From IMG/VR virus record IMGVR_UViG_3300036815_000071, positions 1 to 34,196 of that record: 34,196 nucleotides of DNA; one strand, 5' to 3'. A model generated the notes under the pieces. It saw only the letters and a list, made by a program, of their open reading frames with translations. It was not told the origin of the DNA and did no database searches. Positions 15,262 to 24,758 of the stretch are shown one piece after another; position 1 is the first letter of the stretch, and the number at the start of each line of letters is the position of its first letter. A program made the translations under genes and the position numbers. Source of the stretch: a virus (Duplodnaviria > Caudoviricetes).

Positions 15262-17477
15262 AAAAACTATTCGCGCTTCTCCTTTTCGTCTCGACGGTCG
15301 CGCTCGGGCAGACCTATCCGTCGCCGACGTACAACGCCCTGACTGTTCAAAGCGCGTTCAACGCAACCGGCCTCGTCACCCTGGCGGACCACGCGACGCA
15401 AGCCGCGAACACGATCATAGGCAACGCTACCGGCTCCCCGGCCAGCCCGACAGCGGTCACCGTCACCGGCTGTAACGGCGCCGCGCAGGCACTGCAATGG
15501 ACGAACGGTTCGGGGTTCGGCTGCAACAGCGCGATAATCGCTTCCAACGTCTCGGGCATCGTTGCGCCGGCTAACGGCGGCACGGGTACGACAACCGGCC
15601 TCACGCCCTACGCGCCCACACTCGCGACAATCGCGGCTTTGAACGCCGCCACGTCGGCCACGCTTCCGCAGTCGCAAGTGATCATCGCCGGGTTCTCGAC
15701 GGCGGGCGATGCTGGCGCGGGGCTCTTCAACATCGGCGCGACAACAACCGCGAACGGTTGCACGATTTTCAACGATGCGTCCGGGCGCAGTTGGTATCGG
15801 CAGACAACCGGGAACGTCACGAATGTGCGCTGGTGCGGTGCAAAGGGCGACGGCTCGACCAACGACACAACCGCATTCGTGAACGCGGTCGCGGTCGGCA
15901 AATCGATCTTCGTACCGGACGGCAACTACCAGGTTCTCGACAACAATATTGTCCTGACCGCCGGTCAAGCACTGGAAGGCCCAAGCTTCGCGACTTTCGC
16001 ACCGGGCGCATTCACTGGCGCGGGCGTGATCATAAACTGCACGAACAACACCGGCCACGCCTGTATCGCGGTAACGGCAAACGTGACTTGGATAACAATC
16101 GCCAACGTGACGATTACCCGTTCTGTTTCGCCGGTCGGAACGGCGGCGGTAGGCAGCAACGGTATTCAATTCAACGGCTCGACGCAATACGCCAATATTC
16201 ACGATGTCTACGTATATAACCAGTACATCGGTTTGGTGTTGCACGACACGACGACCAGCTACCTCACGAATGTGACGGTGACTAACAACGGGTTTGACGG
16301 CGTAAGCGTTACTAACGTTTCCGTTGGCCCGTTGCAATGGGTCATGAGCAACGTGCTGTCGGAAGACAACGGGCACGACGGATTCATTATCCAGTCGTTC
16401 AACGTGGGCGGCGCAACGTCCATCAGCTTATCGAACATGGATAAGATTTTCACGTTTGGCAATACGAATGTCGGTTTCGCGATAGTTGGGACCGTAGGCC
16501 AGCCTCTATTTGGCCCCCGTTTGACCAACTGCTTCCTGGGCGGCGACGGCAACGATGAGATTCTGTTCACCGGCCAAGGGGGTGACGTTCAGATATCCGA
16601 TTGCTTTTTCGAGTTGTCCGGCACAGGCTTGACCGGCCCGCTCGGCACTACGGCCGCTTCCGGTCTCGGCAGCGGAATCGAGATTGACAACGGTTCCACA
16701 ATAAAGCTGACGAACAACATCATTAATGGTGAATCCGCTGATGGCATTTTGCTGGCCGGCGGTACGGCCATAACGGTCAGCAATAACACGATCACGAATG
16801 TCGGCCAGAACGCAAGCTCTTCGGCTACGGGACTCTTCATTTCGGCAGGCGTGACGGCGGATGTCACCGGCAACACGATCACCAACGTCTCCGGCAGCAC
16901 GACGCAGAAGTTCGGCATCAACAACGGCGGCACGATCAATGTCCTGAGCGGTAACAACCTAACAGGCAACATCACTAACAATTACACGGGGAACGCCGCG
17001 ACGGATTCGTGCAACGCGGGCGCTACTTGCACCTTCAATCAACCGAGTGTCAACCAACCGAATATTGTTGGAGTGACGACCAACAGCAACGCCGCAACCG
17101 GTAGCGTAGGTGAATTCCTGACCAACCAAACGGGGCCGACCGCTTTCACGTCAGGCACTACGGCAGCCGCCACGAGCTTGACGCTTTCCGCAGGCGACTG
17201 GGACGTAGAATGCCTGGTGTCATTGGCTCCCGCAGGAACGACAGTTGTTTCAGGTGTCATTCTCGGCGTAAGCAATTCAGGAACCGCATTCGGCGCGCTC
17301 GGCTCGTTTATCCAGATGAACGCCACCGCCGCGCAAGGTGCCGCGCAAACTTTCGCGTCTCCGGTCGTGCGGGTAAGTCTCGCCGCATCTACGACATATT
17401 TTTGCCCCGCAAACATCGGCTTCACCGTGAGCACTTTGAATGCGACGGGCTTCATTCGTGCGCGTCGCGTGCGTTAA
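15258..17477 (+). CDS. Tailspike / polysaccharide depolymerase (right-handed beta-helix) with signal-peptide-like N-terminus
   Basis: NVRWCGAKGDGSTNDTTAF...IFVPDGNY (pectate lyase 3-like start), then Asn/Gly-rich beta-helix repeats. ATG at 15258 chosen from the ATGA overlap. Confidence 0.85.
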   Translation: MKKLFALLLFVSTVALGQTYPSPTYNALTVQSAFNATGLVTLADHATQAANTIIGNATGSPASPTAVTVTGCNGAAQALQWTNGSGFGCNSAIIASNVSGIVAPANGGTGTTTGLTPYAPTLATIAALNAATSATLPQSQVIIAGFSTAGDAGAGLFNIGATTTANGCTIFNDASGRSWYRQTTGNVTNVRWCGAKGDGSTNDTTAFVNAVAVGKSIFVPDGNYQVLDNNIVLTAGQALEGPSFATFAPGAFTGAGVIINCTNNTGHACIAVTANVTWITIANVTITRSVSPVGTAAVGSNGIQFNGSTQYANIHDVYVYNQYIGLVLHDTTTSYLTNVTVTNNGFDGVSVTNVSVGPLQWVMSNVLSEDNGHDGFIIQSFNVGGATSISLSNMDKIFTFGNTNVGFAIVGTVGQPLFGPRLTNCFLGGDGNDEILFTGQGGDVQISDCFFELSGTGLTGPLGTTAASGLGSGIEIDNGSTIKLTNNIINGESADGILLAGGTAITVSNNTITNVGQNASSSATGLFISAGVTADVTGNTITNVSGSTTQKFGINNGGTINVLSGNNLTGNITNNYTGNAATDSCNAGATCTFNQPSVNQPNIVGVTTNSNAATGSVGEFLTNQTGPTAFTSGTTAAATSLTLSAGDWDVECLVSLAPAGTTVVSGVILGVSNSGTAFGALGSFIQMNATAAQGAAQTFASPVVRVSLAASTTYFCPANIGFTVSTLNATGFIRARRVR

Positions 17478-17478
17478 A

Positions 17479-17507
17479 TTGACAATTCGTAACAAACAGC
17501 ATATAAC
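17479..17507 (+). promoter_or_regulatory. Near-consensus sigma70 promoter ahead of the head genes
   Basis: TTGACA-N17-TATAAC in the intergenic gap, followed by an AGGAG RBS. Confidence 0.75.
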
Positions 17508-17534
17508 CGGCGAAAGCCTTTCTAGGAGCGTATC

Positions 17535-18053
17535 GTGCGTAAATTACGTTTGGCCGAACTGATCGGCTCGTTGTTCCCGGCGATCCAAGGCCAGACGCCT
17601 GTGATCGCAGATAACGGCTCAATGCCGGATCAAATCAGCTTGATCAATGCTGTTCTGTCGATCAACCCTTGGCAGGCCGCAGTGTATAACGCCGCCGCCA
17701 ACACGACTGGTTTTACCGCAACGCAATCACAGGTCATGGCGGCGGAAGAAACTGTCCTTGAACTGACGGGTACCATCGGCGCGGGCGCGGCTCTCACGCT
17801 CCCGACAGTCGCCTCGATGATCGCCACGCTTACCCCCCAGCAAGCCGTAGTCGGCTCGACCACGACCCTTCGGATCGGGCGCGGCGCAACCGGCGCGTTC
17901 AACTGGACGGTAACAACCAACACCGGCTGGACGCTGAACGGTACGCAAACCATCGCTGCTTCCACGTGGCGCGATTTCATCATCCAGATCACGGCTGTCG
18001 GCGCAACGCCTACAGCCACGTGCACGCAGATCGGCGCGGGCGATTGGAGCTAA
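17535..18053 (+). CDS. Putative head decoration / minor capsid protein
   Basis: T/A/G-rich and beta-like, directly upstream of scaffold and capsid; carries the LFPAI leader. Confidence 0.7.
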   Translation: MRKLRLAELIGSLFPAIQGQTPVIADNGSMPDQISLINAVLSINPWQAAVYNAAANTTGFTATQSQVMAAEETVLELTGTIGAGAALTLPTVASMIATLTPQQAVVGSTTTLRIGRGATGAFNWTVTTNTGWTLNGTQTIAASTWRDFIIQITAVGATPTATCTQIGAGDWS

Positions 18054-18060
18054 ACCACAA

Positions 18061-18774
18061 ATGAACAAGCTGCTGAAAAAGCTGCTAGGACTTCTCTTTC
18101 CGGGGATTGACGGCGATGCTGATGACCTCCCTGATGATCTTCCTGCACCTGATCCCGACGATGATTTGCCTGACGATCTTCCTGACGACGATCTTCCTGA
18201 TGATCCTCCCGTTGCTGCCCGCCAACGCCGTGATGATGCTGCTGACCGTCTGGCTCGGCTGGAAGCTGAAGTCGAACGGCGCGGCCGCGCAGCGGAAGAG
18301 CGGGAACGCGCTTCCCGCACGCCAGCGGTAGACACGGAGTTCCAACGCGAAGAAGAGCGCTTGCGCGCCGCCGACGTGACGGAAATGGAACGCTGGCAGA
18401 TTCAGGCGAACCGCACGTTACGCGCAACGCAAGCCGAAGCACGGCAAGCGATGTTCCAGGCGCAAGACATGTCCGACCGGGCGCGCTTCGAGTCCAAGAT
18501 CGCCAGCGAACCGCGCCGCGCGAAGTACACCGAGCGCGTGGAAGAGGAAGTCAAGAAAGCGCAATCGCGCGGTCAGATGGCTTCCCGCGAAGATGTCTAC
18601 TACTGGATGCTCGGCAAGGACATTGCGGACGGCAAACTGAAGCCGAAAGCGAAATCTTCGCCGGCAGTTCCGCGCGGCAAGCCCGCAGGCGTTCGCAGCG
18701 ATGTTCAAGGACGAGGCCGTCCGAGTTCCGACCGTGACAAGCTGCGTTCGCGGCTTGACAACGTGAATATTTAA
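18061..18774 (+). CDS. Capsid scaffolding protein
   Basis: Acidic disordered N-terminus, coiled-coil middle, basic C-terminus; immediately upstream of the capsid gene. Confidence 0.8.
   Translation: MNKLLKKLLGLLFPGIDGDADDLPDDLPAPDPDDDLPDDLPDDDLPDDPPVAARQRRDDAADRLARLEAEVERRGRAAEERERASRTPAVDTEFQREEERLRAADVTEMERWQIQANRTLRATQAEARQAMFQAQDMSDRARFESKIASEPRRAKYTERVEEEVKKAQSRGQMASREDVYYWMLGKDIADGKLKPKAKSSPAVPRGKPAGVRSDVQGRGRPSSDRDKLRSRLDNVNI
18121..18210 (+). repeat. Coding tandem repeat (DDLP)n in the scaffold gene
   Basis: Degenerate 12-nt units such as GATGACCTCCCT and GATGATCTTCCT, encoding DDLP several times. Confidence 0.8.
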
Positions 18775-18789
18775 CCCTGAGAGGAAACC

Positions 18790-20217
18790 ATGAAATCTTT
18801 CCGTCAATTGGCCCTCTTTCGGGCTTTGTCGACGCTGTTCCCCGGCGTGACCAACCAATCGACCAGCTTCACGGCCGACGTTGAAGCGTACATTCAAGAA
18901 GAAGTTGAGCCGCTGGCGCGCCGGCAACTGGTCGCATACCAGTTCGGCAAACCGCTGAAGCTCGACACGAATCGCGGCACGACCTACACGGCCTCGCGCT
19001 ATCAGCGCTTGCCCTTGCCGTTCGCGCCCTTGCAAGAAGGCGTAGCGCCTCCCGGCGAAGGGATGGCCCTGCAACAAGTCTCGGCCACCGCGCAACAGTG
19101 GGGCGATCGCGTCATCATCACCGACGTCGCGAACCTGACCATCAAGCACCCGCTGTTCCAGCAAGCGTGCGAACTGGTCGCGCTGCAACTGCCCGAAACG
19201 CTTGAGCGCAACACGTTCAACACGCTGATGGCAGCTACGCAAGTGAACTACGCGAACGGCAAAGCGAGTCGCGCGAACCTGCTGGCAACCGACGTGATGA
19301 CGCCGCATGAGAACAACCGCATTGTCGGTTCGTTCCTGACCTTCGGCGTGCCCCGCTTCATGGGCGACGAGCGTGAAGACATGATGATTGAGGCCGGCGC
19401 TTACCGCGACCCGTCGAAGTCTCCCGCCGTCATGCAGCACTACATTGCGCTGATTCACCCGCTGTCGGCGCAGGACATGCGTGAGAACACGACGGTCGTG
19501 AACGCGTGGTCGTACAGCGATGTGAACCGCCTGTACAACAACGAACTCGGCCCGTTCGGCGGTTCGCGGTTCGTTGAGTCGAACATGATGCCGTACTTCA
19601 CGGGTGCAGCCGCCATCCAGGGCACCGCGTCCGCGTCCGGCGGCACGCTGGCGACCAATGCCGGTTACCAGATCATCGTGACAGCAGCGCCCGCGCAAAC
19701 GTCCGTTGAGCAGGTCATCTACCAAGTGTCGAACGCGATCAGCGTCACCGGCCCGACGGGTTCGATCAGCGTTGTCCTGCCGCAACTGGCCGGGTACATC
19801 TTCAACGTGTACATCGGCACGTCGGCCACGCCGTCGAACCTGGCAACCGCCATCGGCTTGGGCGTGCCTGTCACCGGCCCGCTCGCTGGCCAAGCTACGC
19901 AGTTGCTCCCGAACCAGACCGTGACCCTCACGGGCATCGGCGTGGCGCAAACGCCGCCGGCTGCTCCCGCCACGGGCGTGAGCGTGTTCCCGACCATCTA
20001 CATCGGCAACCACTCCTACGGCCAAGTGCTGCTCGAAAACCCGGAATTCCACTACCTGACGGGCGCGGACAAGTCGGACCCGCTGAATCAGACGCGTGTC
20101 GTGTCGTGGAAGGTCTTTTACGGCTCGATCATCCTCAACCAAGCGTTTTTGGCTCGCGTTGAAGCTGGTTCCGCATTTACGCCGGGGTATACTGGCGGCA
20201 CTGTGACAACCCCGTAA
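18790..20217 (+). CDS. Major capsid protein (N4-gp56-like family) with internal insertion domain
   Basis: LVAYQFG, RGTTYTASRY, PLQEGVAP, QWGDRVIITD, YIALIHP...DMR, ELG.FGG.RFVES, DKSDPLNQ..VVSWK. Confidence 0.92.
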   Translation: MKSFRQLALFRALSTLFPGVTNQSTSFTADVEAYIQEEVEPLARRQLVAYQFGKPLKLDTNRGTTYTASRYQRLPLPFAPLQEGVAPPGEGMALQQVSATAQQWGDRVIITDVANLTIKHPLFQQACELVALQLPETLERNTFNTLMAATQVNYANGKASRANLLATDVMTPHENNRIVGSFLTFGVPRFMGDEREDMMIEAGAYRDPSKSPAVMQHYIALIHPLSAQDMRENTTVVNAWSYSDVNRLYNNELGPFGGSRFVESNMMPYFTGAAAIQGTASASGGTLATNAGYQIIVTAAPAQTSVEQVIYQVSNAISVTGPTGSISVVLPQLAGYIFNVYIGTSATPSNLATAIGLGVPVTGPLAGQATQLLPNQTVTLTGIGVAQTPPAAPATGVSVFPTIYIGNHSYGQVLLENPEFHYLTGADKSDPLNQTRVVSWKVFYGSIILNQAFLARVEAGSAFTPGYTGGTVTTP

Positions 20218-20233
20218 TCGGAGATTGACTTAG

Positions 20234-20716
20234 ATGCCACCGCGCACCCCCCACGACCCGTCGAAAGACGGGGATGACGAAGAGTTGAACGCAAGCGCTC
20301 CGGGGGAAACCTCGGAGCAGTTGAAAGCCCGAATCGCGGAACTCGAAGGTGAGTTGCGCCGTTCGGGTGCTGCGCGCCTGATCGCGGAAGAAGAATCCGC
20401 GCGCTTGTCGGCGCAGGCTCAGAACTCCATGTTCACGACCAACGTCACAGAGCGCTTCTCGCGCATCGCTGAAGATGGTAGTGACGTGTATTGGTATCGT
20501 ATCGATCTCGCGCCGTGCGGCGGGACCGAAATCAGGATCAACGGTACCCCGTATTACCACGGTTCGACCTACGAGTTTCGCACTGACCTATTGCGTTCGG
20601 TGAAGGAAATCGTTGCGCGCACGTGGGACCACGAGAACAACATCATGGGTTCGAACGAGAACGCCTATAAAGTTGCGCAAGACCGCGTTCTGCGCGGCGG
20701 CGAACGCAGACACTAA
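20234..20716 (+). CDS. Hypothetical head-associated protein
   Basis: GGAG RBS; follows the capsid gene; coiled coil plus IRINGTPY beta domain. Confidence 0.75.
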   Translation: MPPRTPHDPSKDGDDEELNASAPGETSEQLKARIAELEGELRRSGAARLIAEEESARLSAQAQNSMFTTNVTERFSRIAEDGSDVYWYRIDLAPCGGTEIRINGTPYYHGSTYEFRTDLLRSVKEIVARTWDHENNIMGSNENAYKVAQDRVLRGGERRH

Positions 20717-20724
20717 GAGGAAAC

Positions 20725-21108
20725 ATGGATCAGAAAACTGCCGTTTTGGGTAACTTCCAAATCAATATGCCGGGTCCGAACGGCGCTTCGCTGTCGATCA
20801 GTGGCTATCTGTACGCCGACGAGTCGCAGGAGTCGCTTGACGACCGGATGGACACTTGCCGCGAATCGCTGGCTCGCCAGCAACAAGCGCTTGAAATCCC
20901 CGTACTGGAAGAACGCCTCGGCCAGCTCGAGCGCACAAAAATCCAGATCATGGAAGCGTATGCCGACTTGATGGAAAAGCAGAAGCGCAAGCAACTGCCG
21001 TCCGCCGAAGCATCGCACCTGAAGAACTACCCGACGCAGATCAAGCATATTGACGAAGAAATCGCCAAAGGCAAGGCGAAAATCGGCATGGTCAAGAAGG
21101 CGGCGTAA
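20725..21108 (+). CDS. Hypothetical coiled-coil protein
   Basis: GAGG RBS; coupled to the next gene. Confidence 0.75.
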   Translation: MDQKTAVLGNFQINMPGPNGASLSISGYLYADESQESLDDRMDTCRESLARQQQALEIPVLEERLGQLERTKIQIMEAYADLMEKQKRKQLPSAEASHLKNYPTQIKHIDEEIAKGKAKIGMVKKAA

Positions 21109-21818
21109 TGGCGTATCTAACGTCACAACAAATTGTCACCTTGGCGTGCCAGATTGCCAAGTGCCCCGGCTTCCTCACGCAGGGCGGGCAGTTCTTGAAC
21201 ATGACGTTGGAAGACCTTTGGCTGCACCGCGACTTGAAAATCAATCGCAAGACTGAATTCATTCCGGTGCAAGCCAATAACTTTGGCCCTTTCGTTTTGC
21301 CGCAGAACTACCAGCGCACGTACGACCTGTTTTTCCAGCAGAACAACTTGCCGTACTTCCTGAATCCGATCAGTACGGAAGAGTACGATCAGGAATTTAA
21401 GGATCCGTCGATTGCGAACTATCCTTACGAGTTCATGACGATCCTGTATGACGAGGTGCAGGCGCTTCAACAGATACCGCCGTCCGCCGGCCAGCTTTTC
21501 ATCTACCCGCAGTCGTCCGGCGCAATCAGCCTGACGCACCGGTACATGGTGAAGCAACCGGACATCGCGACGCCCGAGTCATCGGCGGTCATCCCGTGGT
21601 TCCCCGATCAGGATTACCTGATCACGGCCACCGCCAAGCGTTTGATGCAAGTCACCGACGACACGCGCGAAGCCGAGTATCAGGCACGTTGCGATGCGAT
21701 GCTCAGAATCCATATCATCATGGAAGGCGACGAACAGCAGGTCGTCAAATCCGTGAAGCTCGATCCCCGCCGTTTCCATTCGAATCGGACGCTCAAGCCG
21801 ACGAAGATCACCGACTAG
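21108..21818 (+). CDS. Head-tail adaptor (tail tubular protein A-like)
   Basis: LNMTLEDLW, LPQNY, LFIYPQ, PWFPDQDYLI motifs; size and position fit. Confidence 0.7.
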   Translation: MAYLTSQQIVTLACQIAKCPGFLTQGGQFLNMTLEDLWLHRDLKINRKTEFIPVQANNFGPFVLPQNYQRTYDLFFQQNNLPYFLNPISTEEYDQEFKDPSIANYPYEFMTILYDEVQALQQIPPSAGQLFIYPQSSGAISLTHRYMVKQPDIATPESSAVIPWFPDQDYLITATAKRLMQVTDDTREAEYQARCDAMLRIHIIMEGDEQQVVKSVKLDPRRFHSNRTLKPTKITD

Positions 21819-21826
21819 GAGACGTT

Positions 21827-23446
21827 GTGCCAATCCGCAACGGACAGCCGGTACGATTCACTGCCAAAGGCGTCTGTGACGCGTTCGACGCCACCGACGC
21901 GTTCGCTGGCGCGTGCCAGTCACTCACGAACCTTGTCTTCGATCAAGCGAACCCCGAACTGGTCGTAAGCCGTCCGGGCGTCGGCACGTCGCCTACGGTG
22001 TTCGGGTCAAGCCCGACTTTCATTGCTGGTTTCGTCGTGATCGGGAACGTGGCGTACGGCTGGGTAAGCGATGCTGTTTTCCCCGGTCACGATGAGCCGT
22101 TCGCATTCGACCTTGTTGGCGGTGTGTTCATCGCGATTACTGGCGCGACGGCGGGCAATACGCCGACCTCCCCCGCGACCACGGGCGCGTGGACTCCGCC
22201 TACGTTTGCGGTCGTGAGCACTAAGATAATCATGACGCATCCGGGGTTTAACGGCACCGGCTCGAATTTCTTCGGCGTGATTGATATCGCGAACCCGGCC
22301 GCGCCAACCTACACGTCAGCGAACACCGCAACAAACCCGCTCCCCGGCGTGCCGACTTCGGTTGCGAACTACAACAACCGTGCTTGGTATGCATTCGGCA
22401 ACGTCGATTACTTTAGCGATGTGCTTGTGCCGCTCACGCGCACGAACGCCAGCCAGTCGGTGACGCTTGGCGACACTACGCCTATCACCGCGCAATCCGG
22501 CCTCCCGATCCAGACAACGTCGGCCGGCGTGGTCGGCGCGCTGGTCGTGTTCAAAGGATCGAGCATATGGCAGATCACGGGCGACCTGACAACGAACAAC
22601 CTGGCGCTGAATTACATCACGCTCACAACGGGTTGCCTCGCGCCGCGCAGCGTGGTCCAAGGGCCGTTCGGAATCTTCTTTATCGGCGTAGACGCGCCGT
22701 ACATCCTGAACTTCCTGGGCGTGCTGTCGCCTCTGTCGCACACGCCGGGTAATGATGGCGTGGCGGACGTGCAAGTGCCTTTCCAGAACGCGATTACGCC
22801 CTCGCGCATCGCGGCATCGTTCTCAGGCAATATCTTCCGGGTATGCGTCGCGACCACGATTCAGGGCGTGCAGCAGACAAACGATTACTGGTTCGACATC
22901 CGGCGCAAGCGCTGGACAGGCCCGCACACGTTCACCTATGACGCGATTGCACAGTTCGGCAATAACTTCGTCATTTCGGGCATCGATCACGGCGCGGCGC
23001 TGTTCATCAGCCAAAGTATCCCGACAACCACGAGCACGTATCTCGACAACGGCACGCAACTCGTAAGCCACTTGAAGTCGTCATCGTTCCCGAAGACGGG
23101 ACATATGCAGCAAGTGCAAGTGGTCGAATCCACGATAGAATTCGCGTCAAGCGGCTTGTCAGTGCAGTACACGATTACCGGATACGACGATCAGAACAAT
23201 ACGCTTGGCTCGGCGCAAGTGACCACGCCGCCGATTGGCATCACGTGGGGCGGCGGGGCGGTTTGGGGCAGCGGTGCGATCTGGACGACTTCGCAGCGCA
23301 TACCGCACGTGTTCAACATCCCGTGGAAAGCGCCGCTGGTGTTTCAGAAGATGGCGCTTGACGTGCAAGCGTCCGCCGCAAACAGCTTGTCAATCGGTAC
23401 GTTCTTCGCCCGGTATCAAGACACCGGTTACACGAATCAGGGGTAA
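21827..23446 (+). CDS. Tail hub/nozzle (P22 gp10-like DNA stabilization protein)
   Basis: AGGAG RBS then GTG; SRPG, LVVFK.SSIW.ITG, GCLAPRSV, beta-propeller-like composition. Confidence 0.75.
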   Translation: MPIRNGQPVRFTAKGVCDAFDATDAFAGACQSLTNLVFDQANPELVVSRPGVGTSPTVFGSSPTFIAGFVVIGNVAYGWVSDAVFPGHDEPFAFDLVGGVFIAITGATAGNTPTSPATTGAWTPPTFAVVSTKIIMTHPGFNGTGSNFFGVIDIANPAAPTYTSANTATNPLPGVPTSVANYNNRAWYAFGNVDYFSDVLVPLTRTNASQSVTLGDTTPITAQSGLPIQTTSAGVVGALVVFKGSSIWQITGDLTTNNLALNYITLTTGCLAPRSVVQGPFGIFFIGVDAPYILNFLGVLSPLSHTPGNDGVADVQVPFQNAITPSRIAASFSGNIFRVCVATTIQGVQQTNDYWFDIRRKRWTGPHTFTYDAIAQFGNNFVISGIDHGAALFISQSIPTTTSTYLDNGTQLVSHLKSSSFPKTGHMQQVQVVESTIEFASSGLSVQYTITGYDDQNNTLGSAQVTTPPIGITWGGGAVWGSGAIWTTSQRIPHVFNIPWKAPLVFQKMALDVQASAANSLSIGTFFARYQDTGYTNQG

Positions 23447-23449
23447 GCA

Positions 23450-24064
23450 ATGCCTATCATCGGAACGCTACCGAACAATATTCAGAATGGTCAGACGGTT
23501 GATGCCACGCCGGTTATGGCCGACTTCAATTTCATCGTGAATCAGGTGAACGCAAACGCGAACCCGACCGGCACGCTGACAGCGCCTTCAGGCACGCGCA
23601 CGATTTTCCACCAACTAGCGGCTCCGGTCGGTTGGACAATCGATGCGACTATCACCGATCACACTATCCAGATCGACCCTTCGAATGCAGGGCTTACAGG
23701 CGGTGTGAACGGCTACAGTACTATGTTTGCCCTGCCTTGGACTTCAGACGGACACGCGCTCACTACGGCCGAGTTGGCGGCGCACAATCACGGCGTGAAT
23801 GACCCTTCCCACACGCACACGGATTCGGGGCACTCGCATATCTACCCGTCCGATCTGTTAGCGTCAGCTGGCGCTGCGGCTATGCTTGCCGCCAACCAGG
23901 GTATATCTAACACGCGTCCGCTCCCTACTAACTCAGCAACCGCGAATATCCAGGCCAGCGCCACCGGCATTAGCATTCAGAACGCCGGCAGCGGCACGGC
24001 GCACTCGCACACCAAGACGTTCAACGTGCTCGTAGCGGCTGTCATTATGTGCCAGAAGACATGA
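23450..24064 (+). CDS. Short tail fibre / needle with collar-like domain
   Basis: NGQTVDATPVMADFNFI N-terminus, APVGW, HALTTAELAAHNH..DPSHTH...HSH (HxH repeats), IMCQK. Confidence 0.75.
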   Translation: MPIIGTLPNNIQNGQTVDATPVMADFNFIVNQVNANANPTGTLTAPSGTRTIFHQLAAPVGWTIDATITDHTIQIDPSNAGLTGGVNGYSTMFALPWTSDGHALTTAELAAHNHGVNDPSHTHTDSGHSHIYPSDLLASAGAAAMLAANQGISNTRPLPTNSATANIQASATGISIQNAGSGTAHSHTKTFNVLVAAVIMCQKT

Positions 24065-24384
24065 GTAAAGGTCCGGTTTGTCCTCTTCTTAAAAAGCCGT
24101 GCATCGAACATGGTTGCAAATTTTGGGTTCACATCACCGGCATGCACCCGCAATCAGGCGCGAAGATTGACCGCTTCGATTGTTCAATAGCTTGGCTACC
24201 CGTCCTCCTTGTGGAAGCGACACGCACGACCGGCGGCGTACAGGCAGCAGTGGAATCAATGCGTAATGAAGTCGTTCAAAGGCAGGATTCACTTAATAAC
24301 GCCGTGGCGTTAAGCCAACGGCAAACGGCCAAGCAAATCGGGGAACAGGAATGGACGACAGAACGCTTACCGAAAGCGACGTGA
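24061..24384 (+). CDS. Cys-rich protein following the tail fibre
   Basis: CPL.KKPC...C.FW....G.HPQSG.....DCSIAWLP.LL.E; ATGA overlap. Confidence 0.75.
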   Translation: MSKGPVCPLLKKPCIEHGCKFWVHITGMHPQSGAKIDRFDCSIAWLPVLLVEATRTTGGVQAAVESMRNEVVQRQDSLNNAVALSQRQTAKQIGEQEWTTERLPKAT

Positions 24385-24542
24385 AAGCTATCGTTGATGA
24401 ACTGGAAAGGCGAGCAACCCAGCGTTTCCAATTGAACATCGGCAAAGGCGTATTATCCTTAGTTTGGAAAGCCTGTTTTTATCTTATGCTCTGGCTTGCC
24501 GCCTATGGCGCGGCCGGGGGCTTCAAGAAATTCTTCAACTAG
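24351..24542 (+). CDS. Small membrane protein, holin/antiholin candidate
   Basis: One C-terminal hydrophobic segment and a basic tail; start of the lysis cassette. Confidence 0.6.
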   Translation: MDDRTLTESDVKAIVDELERRATQRFQLNIGKGVLSLVWKACFYLMLWLAAYGAAGGFKKFFN

Positions 24543-24551
24543 GAGTTCACC

Positions 24552-24758
24552 ATGTTCGCAGCACTGGAAGCAGAATTTAACGCCATCGTGGCGGATGGCC
24601 GGTCGGTTGCTGAGAAGCTCGAATCGCTGATCGGCTTGCACGCCAAGTCGGCCACGGTTGACTCGTTCGCGCCGGCGCTGACCGCCATCGTGGAAGACGC
24701 CGCCAAAACGACGGAGCAGAAGGTTACCGACATCCTGACCGCAGTAGGCAAGCTGTGA
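24552..24758 (+). CDS. Hypothetical protein with internal duplication
   Basis: AGGAG RBS; AIVADGRSVAEKL and AIVEDAAKTTEQKV halves. Confidence 0.7.
   Translation: MFAALEAEFNAIVADGRSVAEKLESLIGLHAKSATVDSFAPALTAIVEDAAKTTEQKVTDILTAVGKL

Noticed and set aside
18418-20142. Long antisense ORFs (574 aa here; also 15267-16376 and 27506-28687)
   Set aside because: Expected mirror frames of high-GC coding genes, with biased composition and no motifs or RBS.
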